A stretch of 64,000 bases of DNA from Acidobacteriota bacterium. Its GTDB lineage: Bacteria > Acidobacteriota > Polarisedimenticolia > J045. This document shows positions 26,181 through 35,648 of this stretch, one piece after another. How positions within the stretch are numbered: position 1 is the first letter of the stretch; each line of letters opens with the position of its first letter. The notes under the pieces are model-generated. The model saw nothing but the letters and a program-made list of their open reading frames with translations. It searched no databases and was not told the DNA's origin. The stretch spans positions 2,128 to 66,127 of the forward strand of contig JALOKP010000017.1 in the NCBI GenBank assembly GCA_025456425.1, given 5' to 3'. A program made the position numbers and the translations under genes.

Positions 26181-28364
26181 ATGTCGAAGCGTCGTTCCAG
26201 CGCAGCAACAGAGGGGTCCCCGCAGCCCGTTCCGGCCGCGCCGCCGTCGCTTTCCCCGCCGTTTCCCTCCGGCAAGGCGCTGCTCGCGATCGCCGCACTG
26301 GCCTTCTTCGCCTACCTGATGCTCCCCCCCAAGCCGATCATCAGCGACGCGGTGCGGGCCGTGACGCTGAACCCGGTCGTCCAGGAGAAGCCGCTCTCCG
26401 CGGTCTTTTCCAGCGATTTCTGGGGGGCTCCGGCCGACGCCTCCTACGGCACGCGGTCCTACCGCCCGCTCGTCGCCCTGACCTACGCGATCGAGGCGCG
26501 CGCGCTGGGCAACGCGCCGCAGGTCTACCACGTCACCGACATGCTGCTGCACGCCGGGACCGCGGTGCTGGTCACGCTGCTGGCCGCTCTGCTGCTGGCG
26601 GGCAGCCCGTGGGCGCTCGCGGCGGGCGCGCTGTTCGCGGTTCACCCGGTGGCGACCGAGGCGGTCGCGTCGATCGTCGGGCGCGCCGACATCATGGCCG
26701 CGGCGGCGCTGCTCGGGGCGCTGATCCTGCACCTGCTCGCCGGGAGCAGGGCCTCACCGTGGGCCTGGGAAGCGGGGGCGCTGGCGCTGCTCGGCGCCGG
26801 GCTGCTCTGCAAGGAGTACGCCGTCGCGTTCCCGTTCATCCTGGCGGCCTGCGACCTGGCGTTCCGCGCCTGCGGCCGCAGCTCGCGGGCCGACGAGCGG
26901 CGGCAGCCCGTGGTCCTCGGCCTGGCGCTGGGGCTGCTGGTGGGCTACCTCGCGCTGCGCTACGCGCTGATCGGGGCCCTGGGCGGCGTGCCGATGCTGG
27001 GCGACGGCGATCAGCCGCTGTACGACCAGCCGCTCGGCGTGAGGCTGGCGACCGCCCTCTGGCTGGTCGTCGTCTCGGCGCGCTTCATGGTCCTCCCCGT
27101 CGCCCACGACTACTTCTACGGCGCGGGAACGATCGCAATCGTGAAGGGGTTCCTCGAGCCGCGCGCGCTGGCCGGGATCGTGCTGATCGGCCTGCTCGTG
27201 GCGTGGGCCGTGCGCTCGATCGCGCGGCGGATGGACCCGGTCCCGGCGCTCGCCGTCGCGCTCTTCCTGCTGCCGCTCGCGCCCTCGCTCAACACCGTGA
27301 GCGTCGCCGGCGTGCTCTACGCCGAGCGCTTCCTCTACCTGCCGCTGGCCGGCTTCGCGCTGGGCGTGGGCTGGCTGCTGACGCGCTACGCGACCGGGCC
27401 GGCGGGCGAGCGCGCCGGCCGGATCGCGATGGCGGGAGCGCTCCTGGTCTGCCTGGTGCTGACGATGAACCGCGTCGGCGACTGGCGCTCGCAGGAGGCG
27501 CTGGCGCGGGCCTCGCTGCGCTGGTACCCGGAGAACTCCCGGGCCTGGTACGAGGTCGGGCTGGCCCACGGGCAGCGGGCGCAGGAGCTGGAGGCGAAGG
27601 GACAGGCCGAGGCCGCGCGCGCCGAACACACCGCCGCGGCGGAGGCGATCCGGCGGTCGCTCGCGGTGGAGAACCGCGCGGCGCAGATCTGGCGCGCGTT
27701 GGCGCTGGCGGAGAAGCGCCTCGGGCGCTACGGCGAGTCGGTCAAGGCCTACCGCGAGGCGATTCGCAACGCGCCGACCGAGATCGGGATGCTCTACGCC
27801 GGGCTGGGCGAGGCGGAGCTGGAGGACGGCCAGTTCGAGGCCGCGGTGCGCTCGCTGGCACGGGCGCACGAGCTGATGCCGCGAGAACCGGGCATCGCGG
27901 CGCTGCAGGCGCGGGCCCAGGTGCGGCTGGCGCAGAAGCGGCTGCTCGAGGGACACGCCGAGGAGGCGGTCGACCTGGCGCAGCGCGGGCTCGACAGCGG
28001 CGCGCTGTCGGCCGAGGGGACCTGGACCGCGGGCGAGGTCTTCGCCCGGGCCGGGCATCCGGAATCGGCGGCCGCCGCGTTCCGACAGGCGGCGGCCCGC
28101 GACCCGAACGTGCTGCGCAGCCGGTTCGGCGCCGCGATGCAGCTCGACCAGGCGGGGAAGCACGAGGAAGCGGCAGCCGCGTTCGCGGCGCTGCTGGTGG
28201 CCGATCCCGACCACGTCCCAACGCTCTTCAACCTCGCGCGCAGCCTCGTGCTGCTGCAACGGCCGGCCGAGGCGGTCCCGCTGCTCGAGCGCGGACTGGC
28301 GCTGAAGGAGGACGAGCGGGCGCGGGCGCTGCTGGCGGACGCGCGGCGACAGGCCGCTCGCTGA
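26181..28364 (+). CDS. TMTC-like (GT-C) membrane glycosyltransferase with C-terminal TPR repeats
   Basis: DFWG, SYRPL, LFAVHPV.TEAVASIVGRAD, CKE and AERFLYLP, followed by multiple TPR helices. Confidence 0.88.
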   Translation: MSKRRSSAATEGSPQPVPAAPPSLSPPFPSGKALLAIAALAFFAYLMLPPKPIISDAVRAVTLNPVVQEKPLSAVFSSDFWGAPADASYGTRSYRPLVALTYAIEARALGNAPQVYHVTDMLLHAGTAVLVTLLAALLLAGSPWALAAGALFAVHPVATEAVASIVGRADIMAAAALLGALILHLLAGSRASPWAWEAGALALLGAGLLCKEYAVAFPFILAACDLAFRACGRSSRADERRQPVVLGLALGLLVGYLALRYALIGALGGVPMLGDGDQPLYDQPLGVRLATALWLVVVSARFMVLPVAHDYFYGAGTIAIVKGFLEPRALAGIVLIGLLVAWAVRSIARRMDPVPALAVALFLLPLAPSLNTVSVAGVLYAERFLYLPLAGFALGVGWLLTRYATGPAGERAGRIAMAGALLVCLVLTMNRVGDWRSQEALARASLRWYPENSRAWYEVGLAHGQRAQELEAKGQAEAARAEHTAAAEAIRRSLAVENRAAQIWRALALAEKRLGRYGESVKAYREAIRNAPTEIGMLYAGLGEAELEDGQFEAAVRSLARAHELMPREPGIAALQARAQVRLAQKRLLEGHAEEAVDLAQRGLDSGALSAEGTWTAGEVFARAGHPESAAAAFRQAAARDPNVLRSRFGAAMQLDQAGKHEEAAAAFAALLVADPDHVPTLFNLARSLVLLQRPAEAVPLLERGLALKEDERARALLADARRQAAR

Positions 28365-28428
28365 GCCGCGCTGGCGGGTCTGCGGCGCGATCGTGCGTCC
28401 GGGCCCGGATCGTGCGAGGCTGTCCGTC

Positions 28429-29073
28429 ATGATCGACACGCCGACTCCTCCTCCCATCTCCCGCAGCCTGGCGCTGCTCGCCGCGCTGGTCCTGCTTCCC
28501 CTCGCTGCCGCTCGGCCCGCGGCGGGGCAGTCGCCGGCGCCGGACCCGAAACCGGGCGGCGACCCGCCGCCCCAGTCGCTCAGCCTGGCCGCGCCCGATC
28601 TCGCCTCGCGCCCCGACCTGGTCGAGGCGGCGAAGGTGAAGCCGGTGCCGCCCGAGACGCTCGAGCGCGTCCTCCCGGCGAAAGTCGCGGGACTGTCGCG
28701 GACCGGGACGGACAAATCGGTGCAGCCGATCGGCCCGGTCGTGATCTCGGTCGCCACCGGGCGCTACGGCGCGGCCGGCGCGGCCCGGACGGCCGAGGTC
28801 GCCGTGTTCGACCCGGCGGGGCTGCCGAAGATCGGCGAGATCCTCCCCCTTCCGGAGCCGGGGCAGGAAGTGGAGTTCACCGGGCGCGTGCTGCGCCGGA
28901 CCGAGATCGGCGGGTTCCCGGCCGTCGTCGCGGACGGAGCGGACGGCCTGCCGAGCCTGCTCCAGGTCATCCCCGGAGGCCGGATCCGGGTCACGATGCA
29001 GGGGAGCGGCGTGAGCGCGAAGGACCTCGCCGCCGCGGCTGCGTCGATGAACCTGGCCAGCCTGGTGCGGTAG
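28429..29073 (+). CDS. Hypothetical secreted protein
   Basis: Signal-peptide-like N-terminus, Pro-rich linker and strong GC3 bias. Confidence 0.65.
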   Translation: MIDTPTPPPISRSLALLAALVLLPLAAARPAAGQSPAPDPKPGGDPPPQSLSLAAPDLASRPDLVEAAKVKPVPPETLERVLPAKVAGLSRTGTDKSVQPIGPVVISVATGRYGAAGAARTAEVAVFDPAGLPKIGEILPLPEPGQEVEFTGRVLRRTEIGGFPAVVADGADGLPSLLQVIPGGRIRVTMQGSGVSAKDLAAAAASMNLASLVR

Positions 29074-29080
29074 GGGCGCG

Positions 29081-29632
29081 CTACCGCCCGCGCGGCCGCT
29101 CGGCGCGCGGGCGCTCGCGCTGGCGGCGCTCCAGCAACTGCATCAACTGCACGCGCTGCTCTTTCGTCAGGACCTTGGCCACGTCGACGCGCGAGGCGTG
29201 GCGCAGCCGCGCCCCCTGGCACTCGGCGTCGACCAGCCGGTCGATCGCCTTCTTCGCTGCGGCGTCGTCGATCGCGTCGGCGGAGATCACGCGGACCATC
29301 TCGAGCCGCGCCTTGTCGATCGCGGCGCGCAGATCGATCATCTTCTCGCCCGAGCCGAACATGATCGACTGGATCGCCTTCTCCTGCTCGGGGCTGAGTC
29401 CCAACTGCGTCTTGAGCCGCGGCGAGGTCCACCACTCGAAGTCGGGGCCGCCGGGGCCGGGACCGAATCCGCCCGGACCGCCGGGCCCGGCGCCCGGCTC
29501 GTCGTCGCCGGGGGGCGGGGCCTGCGCCGCCGCCGGCAGCGCGAAGAGGGCGAGGAGGGCGAGGAGCAGCGCCAGCACCGAGGCGGTGCGCGCAGCGCGG
29601 TGCGTCGTCGTTCGATTCGTCCTGGGGATCAT
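29081..29632 (-). CDS. Spy/CpxP/ZraP-like periplasmic protein
   Basis: Signal peptide, GP-rich linker, and LTxxQ-type motifs LGLSPEQ and VLTKEQR. Confidence 0.85.
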   Translation of the reverse strand: MIPRTNRTTTHRAARTASVLALLLALLALFALPAAAQAPPPGDDEPGAGPGGPGGFGPGPGGPDFEWWTSPRLKTQLGLSPEQEKAIQSIMFGSGEKMIDLRAAIDKARLEMVRVISADAIDDAAAKKAIDRLVDAECQGARLRHASRVDVAKVLTKEQRVQLMQLLERRQRERPRAERPRGR

Positions 29633-29643
29633 CAACGGTCCTC

Positions 29644-30021
29644 TCAAGAGAGCGTCTCTTCCCATTCCATGATGCCGAGGCTGTCCGTCTCCTCGGCGGG
29701 GTCGGTCGCCGCCGGTCCTTCGGGCCACGCGCCAAACGCCTCGAGCGGGTCGGCCACCTCGTTCGCGGGCTCGGCAAACAGCGGCTCGGCCAGCCACGCC
29801 GTGCCGACCACGGGGGCGTCGGGCCCCGCCGTGCCCGCGACGCCCAGCACCGCGACGGCGATCATCGCCGCGGCGGCCGAGGCCGCGGCCAGCCAGCCGC
29901 GCGCGCGGCGCCGCGCCTCGTGAGCCTCGATCCGCGCCATGATCTCGCCCCGCTGGCGCGCGAAGAAGCGCTCCAGCTCCAGGTCGGCGAGCTCCGGGGC
30001 GCCCTGCCGGCCGTCGCTCAT
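29644..30021 (-). CDS. Single-TM putative anti-sigma factor
   Basis: Translationally coupled to the ECF gene. Short cytoplasmic N-terminus, one TM helix and an acidic C-terminus. Confidence 0.6.
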   Translation of the reverse strand: MSDGRQGAPELADLELERFFARQRGEIMARIEAHEARRRARGWLAAASAAAAMIAVAVLGVAGTAGPDAPVVGTAWLAEPLFAEPANEVADPLEAFGAWPEGPAATDPAEETDSLGIMEWEETLS

Positions 30022-30587
30022 CGCGTCCCCTCCACCGCGCCGCCGAGCAGCCGGCGCAGTTCCCGGGCCCCGCGGAACAGGTGCACCTTGACGGTCCCGC
30101 TGTGCAGCCCGAGGCGCTGGGCGATCTCGTTCACGGGAAGCCCCTCCTCGTAGCGCAGTTGGAAGACCTCGCGCTGGCGACCGGGCGGCAGCCGGTCCAG
30201 CGCGCCCCGCACCGCCGTCGCCAGCTCGTCGGCCACCAGCCGCTCGTCGGCCCCCGGCGCCGGGTCGGCCAGGACCTCGGCGAACTGCTCCGCCCCTGGG
30301 ACCTCGCGGCCCCGGCGGCGGCCGCGGTCGGCGAGGTGGTTGTCGAGGATCCGGAACAGCCACGGGCCGAAGCGCGCGTCCTCGCGAAAGCGCGGCAGCC
30401 CCTGCCACGCCCGGAAGAAGGTCTCCTGCACCGCGTCGTCGGCATCCTCGAGCTTCCTCGTGCTGGCCAGGGCCCGCCCGGTGAGCGGTCGCTGGTAGCG
30501 GGCGACCAGGACGGCGAAGGCCTCGCGGTCGCCGCGCCGGGCGCGTGCCACGAGCTGTTCGTCCGGGAGGTCTCGCTCGCTCGGCAC
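30018..30587 (-). CDS. ECF sigma-70 family sigma factor
   Basis: GDREAFAVLV, DADDAVQETF, FGPWLFRI and EIA..LG..GTVKVHLFRG. Confidence 0.93.
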   Translation of the reverse strand: MPSERDLPDEQLVARARRGDREAFAVLVARYQRPLTGRALASTRKLEDADDAVQETFFRAWQGLPRFREDARFGPWLFRILDNHLADRGRRRGREVPGAEQFAEVLADPAPGADERLVADELATAVRGALDRLPPGRQREVFQLRYEEGLPVNEIAQRLGLHSGTVKVHLFRGARELRRLLGGAVEGTR

Positions 30588-30712
30588 GGGTCCTCGGCTC
30601 CTTCCTGCAAGACGCGGGAGGCGGCGCCGGGTTGACCCGGCGGCAGGCCGGGCCGCGCCGCCGCGGGCCCGCTCCCTCCTCCCCCCCGCTACAATGCGCG
30701 CCCGGAGGACGC

Positions 30713-31276
30713 ATGGCCCGCCTGACCAAGATCTACACCCGAACCGGCGACGACGGCACCACGGGGCTCGCGGACGGCCGGCGGGTCGGCAAGGACGACG
30801 CCCAGGTCGAGGCCTACGGCACCGTCGACGAGCTGAACTCCGCGCTGGGGCTGGCGCTGGCGCTGGGGCTGTCGAGCGACGTCGCGGCCTCCCTGACCAG
30901 GATCCAGAGCGAACTGCTCAACCTCGGCGGCGAGCTGTCGATGCTCGGGAGCGGGGGCCGACGGCCGCCGCGCGCGCTGATCGAGCCGCGGCACATCGAG
31001 CAGCTCGAGGCCGAGTGCGACCGCTTCAACGCCGAGCTGGGCGCGCTGGCCAACTTCATCCTGCCGGGCGGAACGACGGGGGCCTCGCAGCTCCACCTGG
31101 CGCGCACGATCTGCCGGCGCGCCGAGCGGCGGACGGTGACTCTGGCGCACGCGACCGAGGTCGCACCGGCGCTGGTCCAGTACCTCAACCGGCTGTCGGA
31201 CCTGCTGTTCATCGTGGCGCGCTACGAGAACAAGGTCCGCGGCGCCGGCGACGTGCTCTGGGACACGCGGGTCTGA
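30713..31276 (+). CDS. pduO: ATP:cob(I)alamin adenosyltransferase, PduO type
   Basis: KIYTRTGDDGTTGL, AYGTVDELNS, FILPGG, RTICRRAER and YLNRLSDLLF. Confidence 0.95.
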   Translation: MARLTKIYTRTGDDGTTGLADGRRVGKDDAQVEAYGTVDELNSALGLALALGLSSDVAASLTRIQSELLNLGGELSMLGSGGRRPPRALIEPRHIEQLEAECDRFNAELGALANFILPGGTTGASQLHLARTICRRAERRTVTLAHATEVAPALVQYLNRLSDLLFIVARYENKVRGAGDVLWDTRV

Positions 31277-32166
31277 TGCACCGGGGGGCCCTGCGGCTCG
31301 TCGCGCTGGCCGCGCTGGCGGTCGTCGGCGCCACGGGGGCGGCCGCGGGCGCCGCACCGGCACCGGCCGGGGGCGGCGGAAAGGGCGCGATTCCGCAGCG
31401 GATCTGCTCGGTCAGCCTGATGGGGGACGAGCTGCTCTTCCTGCTCGTGCCGCCCGAGCGCGTGGTCTGCGTCTCGAGCTTCGCCGACGACGCCGAGGCC
31501 AGCAACGTCGCGGGGCGCTACCCGGCATCGGTCCCGCGCCTGGTCGCGCGCACCGAACCGGTGCTCGCGGCCCGGCCCGACCTGATCGTCGCCGCGCCGT
31601 GGAACGACCGGGCCTTCCTCTCCGGGATGAAGGCGCTGGGGGTGCGCTCGCTGACGCTCGACGCGGCCGAGGACTTCGAGGGGATCGAGCGCACACTGCT
31701 GGCGCTGGGGAAGGCGGTCGGCGCGGACGAGGCGGCCCGCGCGCGCGCCGCGGAGCTGCGGGCGCGGCTGCTCGGGCTCGAGCGCGCGCTGTCCCGGGCC
31801 CAGCCGCTGGTGCGGCCGCGCGTGCTCTCGCTCTCGCACCTCGTGGTGGCCGGCAGCGGGACGACGGTCGACGCGCTGATCCGCCGCGCCGGCGGGGTCA
31901 ACGCCGCGGCGGCGATCGAGGGGCACCGCAAGCTCTCGGCCGAGCAGATCCTGGCGCTCGATCCCGACGTGCTGCTGCTGGGCCAGGGGCTCGACACCGA
32001 CGCCGTCCGGGTGTTGCGCGCCTACCCGCAGCTCGAGGCCACCCGCGCCGCGAAGACCGGCCGCGTGATCCTGCTGCCGCCTCGGCTGCTGACGACGGTT
32101 ACGCCGTTCCTGGTCGAGGGGGCCGAACAGCTCGCGCGGAAGCTGCATCCGGAGGCCTTCCGGTGA
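31276..32166 (+). CDS. Cobalamin/iron-chelate ABC transporter substrate-binding protein (BtuF-like)
   Basis: Signal peptide, PQRICSVS..DELL, E.VLAARPDL and SAEQILALDPDV. Confidence 0.85.
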   Translation: MHRGALRLVALAALAVVGATGAAAGAAPAPAGGGGKGAIPQRICSVSLMGDELLFLLVPPERVVCVSSFADDAEASNVAGRYPASVPRLVARTEPVLAARPDLIVAAPWNDRAFLSGMKALGVRSLTLDAAEDFEGIERTLLALGKAVGADEAARARAAELRARLLGLERALSRAQPLVRPRVLSLSHLVVAGSGTTVDALIRRAGGVNAAAAIEGHRKLSAEQILALDPDVLLLGQGLDTDAVRVLRAYPQLEATRAAKTGRVILLPPRLLTTVTPFLVEGAEQLARKLHPEAFR

Positions 32167-33218
32167 CGGGCAGCGGCGCGGCGGGTGCGCGCTCAGGCCC
32201 GCCCGCGGCCGGGCCGGTCTCGCGCTGGCTCGTGCTGCTCGCGCTGCTCGCGCTGGCGCTCCTGGCGGGGGTCGCGTTCGGCGGCGCGGCGGGGGTCGGG
32301 CCGCTCGACGCGCTGCGCGTGCTGTTCGGCCTGCCGCCGCGGCACGCCGACCCGGCGCTGGTCGAGCCGCTGGTCTGGGTCTTCCGGCTGCCGCGCGTGC
32401 TGATCATGGCGCTGGCCGGTGCGGCCCTCGCGGTGACCGGCGCGGCGCTGCAGGCCTCGCTGCAGAACAGCCTCGTCGACCCCAGCCTGGTCGGCGTCTC
32501 GGGCGGCGCATCGCTGGGCGCGGTGTTGGCCTACACGACGGGGCTGGCGGACCGCTGGCTGTTCAGCGTACCGCTGGCGGCCTTCGCGGGGGCGCTGGTC
32601 GCGGTCGTCGTGGTCTACCTGATCGCCTACGCCGCGGGGCGGCCGACCACCGGCGCACTGCTGCTGACCGGGGTCGCGGTCGGCAGTCTCGCCGCGGCGC
32701 TGGTCTCGGTGCTGATCCTCGCCACCGCGCAGCACCGCGTGCACGAGATCTTCGCCTGGCTGCTCGGCTCGGCCGAGGGACGGACCTGGCGCGACGTCCG
32801 GCTAGCCGCGCTGCCGGTCGCGGGCGGGATCGCGGGGCTGCTCCTGCTGCGGCGGTTGATCGACGCGCTGGCGCTGGGCGAGGAGCACGCGCTGTCGATC
32901 GGCGTCGACCTCTTGCGCGGGCGGGCCACGGTCTTCGCCGCGGTGGCGCTGGCAGCGGGGGGCGCGGTCAGCGTCACGGGGCCGGTCGCCTTCGTCGGGC
33001 TGATGGTCCCGCACATGGTTCGGACCTGGACCGGCCCCTCGGCGCGGACGCTGCTGCCGGCGTCGATGCTGGCCGGGGCGGCGTTCCTGGTGCTGGCGGA
33101 CCTGCTGGGGCGCGTGGTGTCGGTGACGGTCGACCTGCCGGTGGGGATCGTGACGACGCTGATGGGGGTGCCGTTCTTCCTGTTCCTGCTGCACCGGGCG
33201 CGGGTGGGGCGGGGGTAG
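32163..33218 (+). CDS. FecCD/BtuC-family ABC permease
   Basis: RLPRV, QNSLVDPSLVGVSGGA, LGEEHALSIGV, FVGLMVPH and LPVGIVT..GVPFF. Confidence 0.93.
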   Translation: MTGSGAAGARSGPPAAGPVSRWLVLLALLALALLAGVAFGGAAGVGPLDALRVLFGLPPRHADPALVEPLVWVFRLPRVLIMALAGAALAVTGAALQASLQNSLVDPSLVGVSGGASLGAVLAYTTGLADRWLFSVPLAAFAGALVAVVVVYLIAYAAGRPTTGALLLTGVAVGSLAAALVSVLILATAQHRVHEIFAWLLGSAEGRTWRDVRLAALPVAGGIAGLLLLRRLIDALALGEEHALSIGVDLLRGRATVFAAVALAAGGAVSVTGPVAFVGLMVPHMVRTWTGPSARTLLPASMLAGAAFLVLADLLGRVVSVTVDLPVGIVTTLMGVPFFLFLLHRARVGRG

Positions 33219-33260
33219 CCGGGTCGGCCGGGCCCTCCCGCAGGCGGCTCCCGGCTTCGC

Positions 33261-34175
33261 TCACAACCACTGCAGCAGCGACACCCCGAGGCCGATCGTC
33301 GTCTGGCGGTGGTTGTAGTCGATCAGGCTCTCGCCGTACCCGGTGAAGAGCTGCACGTGGCCCTTCAGCTCGCCGGCGATCGGGAAGTGCCAGTCGAGCT
33401 GCAGCGAGCCGTGCGAGCGCTCGTCGAGGCGGAGCGAGTGGCGGCCCGTCAGGTCGATCTCGTGGCCGTGGCCGCGCCACACGACGAGGACCTCGATCCG
33501 CCCGACGAAGTCCTCGATCGCGGGGTTCTCGTCCTGCTCGGCGCTGTCGGGGATCCGCCACCACGGGCGGAGCTGCACGACCCAGTCGCCGCGCTCGAAC
33601 CCGGCCATGCCGATCACGCGGTTCCAGCTCCGTGAGAGCGGATCGGCGCGCCCGTTCGACTGGTGGTTCAGGCTGACGCCCAGCAGTCGCCCGCGGAACC
33701 CGAGGAAGGGGAAGTCGGTCGCGAAGCTGAGGATCGCCTCCGGCTCGTAGTTGGACTCCCGGAACGGGCGGGAGGCGGCCTCGTTGTAGAGCTGCCAGCG
33801 CGAGGTCTGCGTGTAGCCCAGCCAGAGGTCACCGTACCGCTTGAACACCCCCTGCCAGATCTTCGTCTTGAAGCTGAGCTGGAACTCGGCCTCCCAGTCG
33901 TCCAGCACGAGCGGCTCCGCCAGCTCGTTCCCCCCGCCCTCGCTGACCGGCAACTCGTTGGGATCGTCGGTCCAGGTGACGGGGAGGATGTACACCGGCT
34001 TGTACGGCCGGATCACGAAGGTGCCGCGCCGCGTCGCCTCGTCGAGTTCCCAGCGGTCGACGTAACCGTGGGTCGTCAGGCCGAAGACGCTGCCGGTCCG
34101 CTCTTCCTCGGCGAGCGCCGTCGTGGGCCCCGCCGCGAGCAGGAGGAGGACGCTGCAGAACTGCCACCTCGCCAT
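33261..34175 (-). CDS. pldA: Outer membrane phospholipase A
   Basis: FQLSFK, SRPFRESNYEPE, catalytic HQSNG..SRSWNR, and GYGESLIDYN. Confidence 0.95.
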   Translation of the reverse strand: MARWQFCSVLLLLAAGPTTALAEEERTGSVFGLTTHGYVDRWELDEATRRGTFVIRPYKPVYILPVTWTDDPNELPVSEGGGNELAEPLVLDDWEAEFQLSFKTKIWQGVFKRYGDLWLGYTQTSRWQLYNEAASRPFRESNYEPEAILSFATDFPFLGFRGRLLGVSLNHQSNGRADPLSRSWNRVIGMAGFERGDWVVQLRPWWRIPDSAEQDENPAIEDFVGRIEVLVVWRGHGHEIDLTGRHSLRLDERSHGSLQLDWHFPIAGELKGHVQLFTGYGESLIDYNHRQTTIGLGVSLLQWL

Positions 34176-34289
34176 GTCGGACGTTCTCGCGGGGCGGCGA
34201 GCCTGCCGCCACGGCATGATGCCACGCCGGCCGGCGGCCGTGTGTCGACCGACCGATTACGGGCAGCCCCGCGCCGGCGCCCCTCCGGT

Positions 34290-35648
34290 CTACCCCATGA
34301 ACCCGACATCCCGGCTGGCGAAGTTCGGGAGCTGAGGGAAGACCGCCGGCAGCGACTCTTCCGCCACGCCGAACCAGCGCGCCAGCGTCGCGCCGTACTG
34401 GCAGAGGCCCGTGGTCGGGATGAACGCGCCGCGCCCGCCGGTGTCATCCGGGCCGCCGAGCTGCAGCGAGGGGAAGGTCCCGTACATGTCGCCCCCCAGC
34501 ACCGCGCCGCCCAGCGCGAGGTGGTGGCCGCCCCAGGCGTGGTCGGTGCCGTTCCCCGAGGGGTTCAGCGTGCGGCTGAAGTCCGACTCGGTGAAGGCCG
34601 TGACCGAGCCCGCCACGCCCAGCTCCTCGGTCGCGCGGTAGAAGGCGGCCATCGCCTCGGAGACCGCCGCGAGGAGGCCGGCCTGCGAGGGGAGCTGGTC
34701 GGAGTGGGTGTCGAAGCCGCCCATCGAGCAGAAGAAGACCTGGCGCCGCAGCCCGTAGACGTCGCGCAGTTGGATGAAGCGCGTGACCTCCTTGAGCTGC
34801 TGCCCCAGTCCGCTGTTCGGGAACTGCGTCTGCAGCTCCGGCCCGGGCGCCGCGCTGCGCAGCATCTCGTCCAGCTCGGCGGCCTTGACGCGGGTCTCGT
34901 TCGACTTCTGGATCAGCCGCATCCCGCTGTCCATCTGCAGGATCTCCTGGTGCGACTGGGACCGCGCGGCGCGGTCCTGCTCGTTCGAGACCTTGAGCGC
35001 CAGGAGCTCCAGGCTGCCGCTGCCAAGCCCCGCCGAGCCGACCTGCTCGCCGATGCAGAACAGGGCGGAGCCCGACATCGACAGCGACGGCGGGAAGCCG
35101 AGCGTGCCGTTCAGGTCCTGGAGCTGGTCGACGCTGCGACCGCCCCAGCCGGTCGAGGAGTCGCCCGGGATCCCGGCCTGCATCTGCGCGATCTGGTCCT
35201 CGTGCGAGAAGAGCTGGTCGGGGACCGGCACGGTGCGGTCGCGGTACTCGGCGCGCGTGGTCGGGCGGACCAGGTTGCCGATGTTGGCGACGATCGCCAT
35301 CCGCCTTTCGGTATAGAGCGTGCGCAGCGCCGACAGGCTGGGGTGCAGCCCGAACTCGCCGGCGGTCGAAGTCCCGATCGGAAGCACCCCCGTCGACGGC
35401 AGCGCCAGCATGCCGCGCCCCCGCCGGTACAGGTCGTAGCGCGCGGCGTCGAGCGGCACGACCAGGTTGTTGGAGTCGTTGCCGCCGAACATGAAGACGC
35501 AGACCAGCGCGCGGTAGTCGCCGGCCTCCTGGGCGTAGGCGTTGAAGCGGCCGAAGCGCTCGAGCGCTCCCACCGTGCCCAGCGCCAGCGCCGTGCGGCC
35601 GCTGACGCGGAGGAACTCGCGACGCGTCGATTCCCTGCGGGTTCTCAT
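34290..35648 (-). CDS. DUF1501 family Tat-exported protein
   Basis: TRREFL Tat motif, DYRALVCVFMFGGNDSNN, LFSHEDQ, GGFDTH, SDFSRT and GTDHAWG. Confidence 0.93.
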   Translation of the reverse strand: MRTRRESTRREFLRVSGRTALALGTVGALERFGRFNAYAQEAGDYRALVCVFMFGGNDSNNLVVPLDAARYDLYRRGRGMLALPSTGVLPIGTSTAGEFGLHPSLSALRTLYTERRMAIVANIGNLVRPTTRAEYRDRTVPVPDQLFSHEDQIAQMQAGIPGDSSTGWGGRSVDQLQDLNGTLGFPPSLSMSGSALFCIGEQVGSAGLGSGSLELLALKVSNEQDRAARSQSHQEILQMDSGMRLIQKSNETRVKAAELDEMLRSAAPGPELQTQFPNSGLGQQLKEVTRFIQLRDVYGLRRQVFFCSMGGFDTHSDQLPSQAGLLAAVSEAMAAFYRATEELGVAGSVTAFTESDFSRTLNPSGNGTDHAWGGHHLALGGAVLGGDMYGTFPSLQLGGPDDTGGRGAFIPTTGLCQYGATLARWFGVAEESLPAVFPQLPNFASRDVGFMG

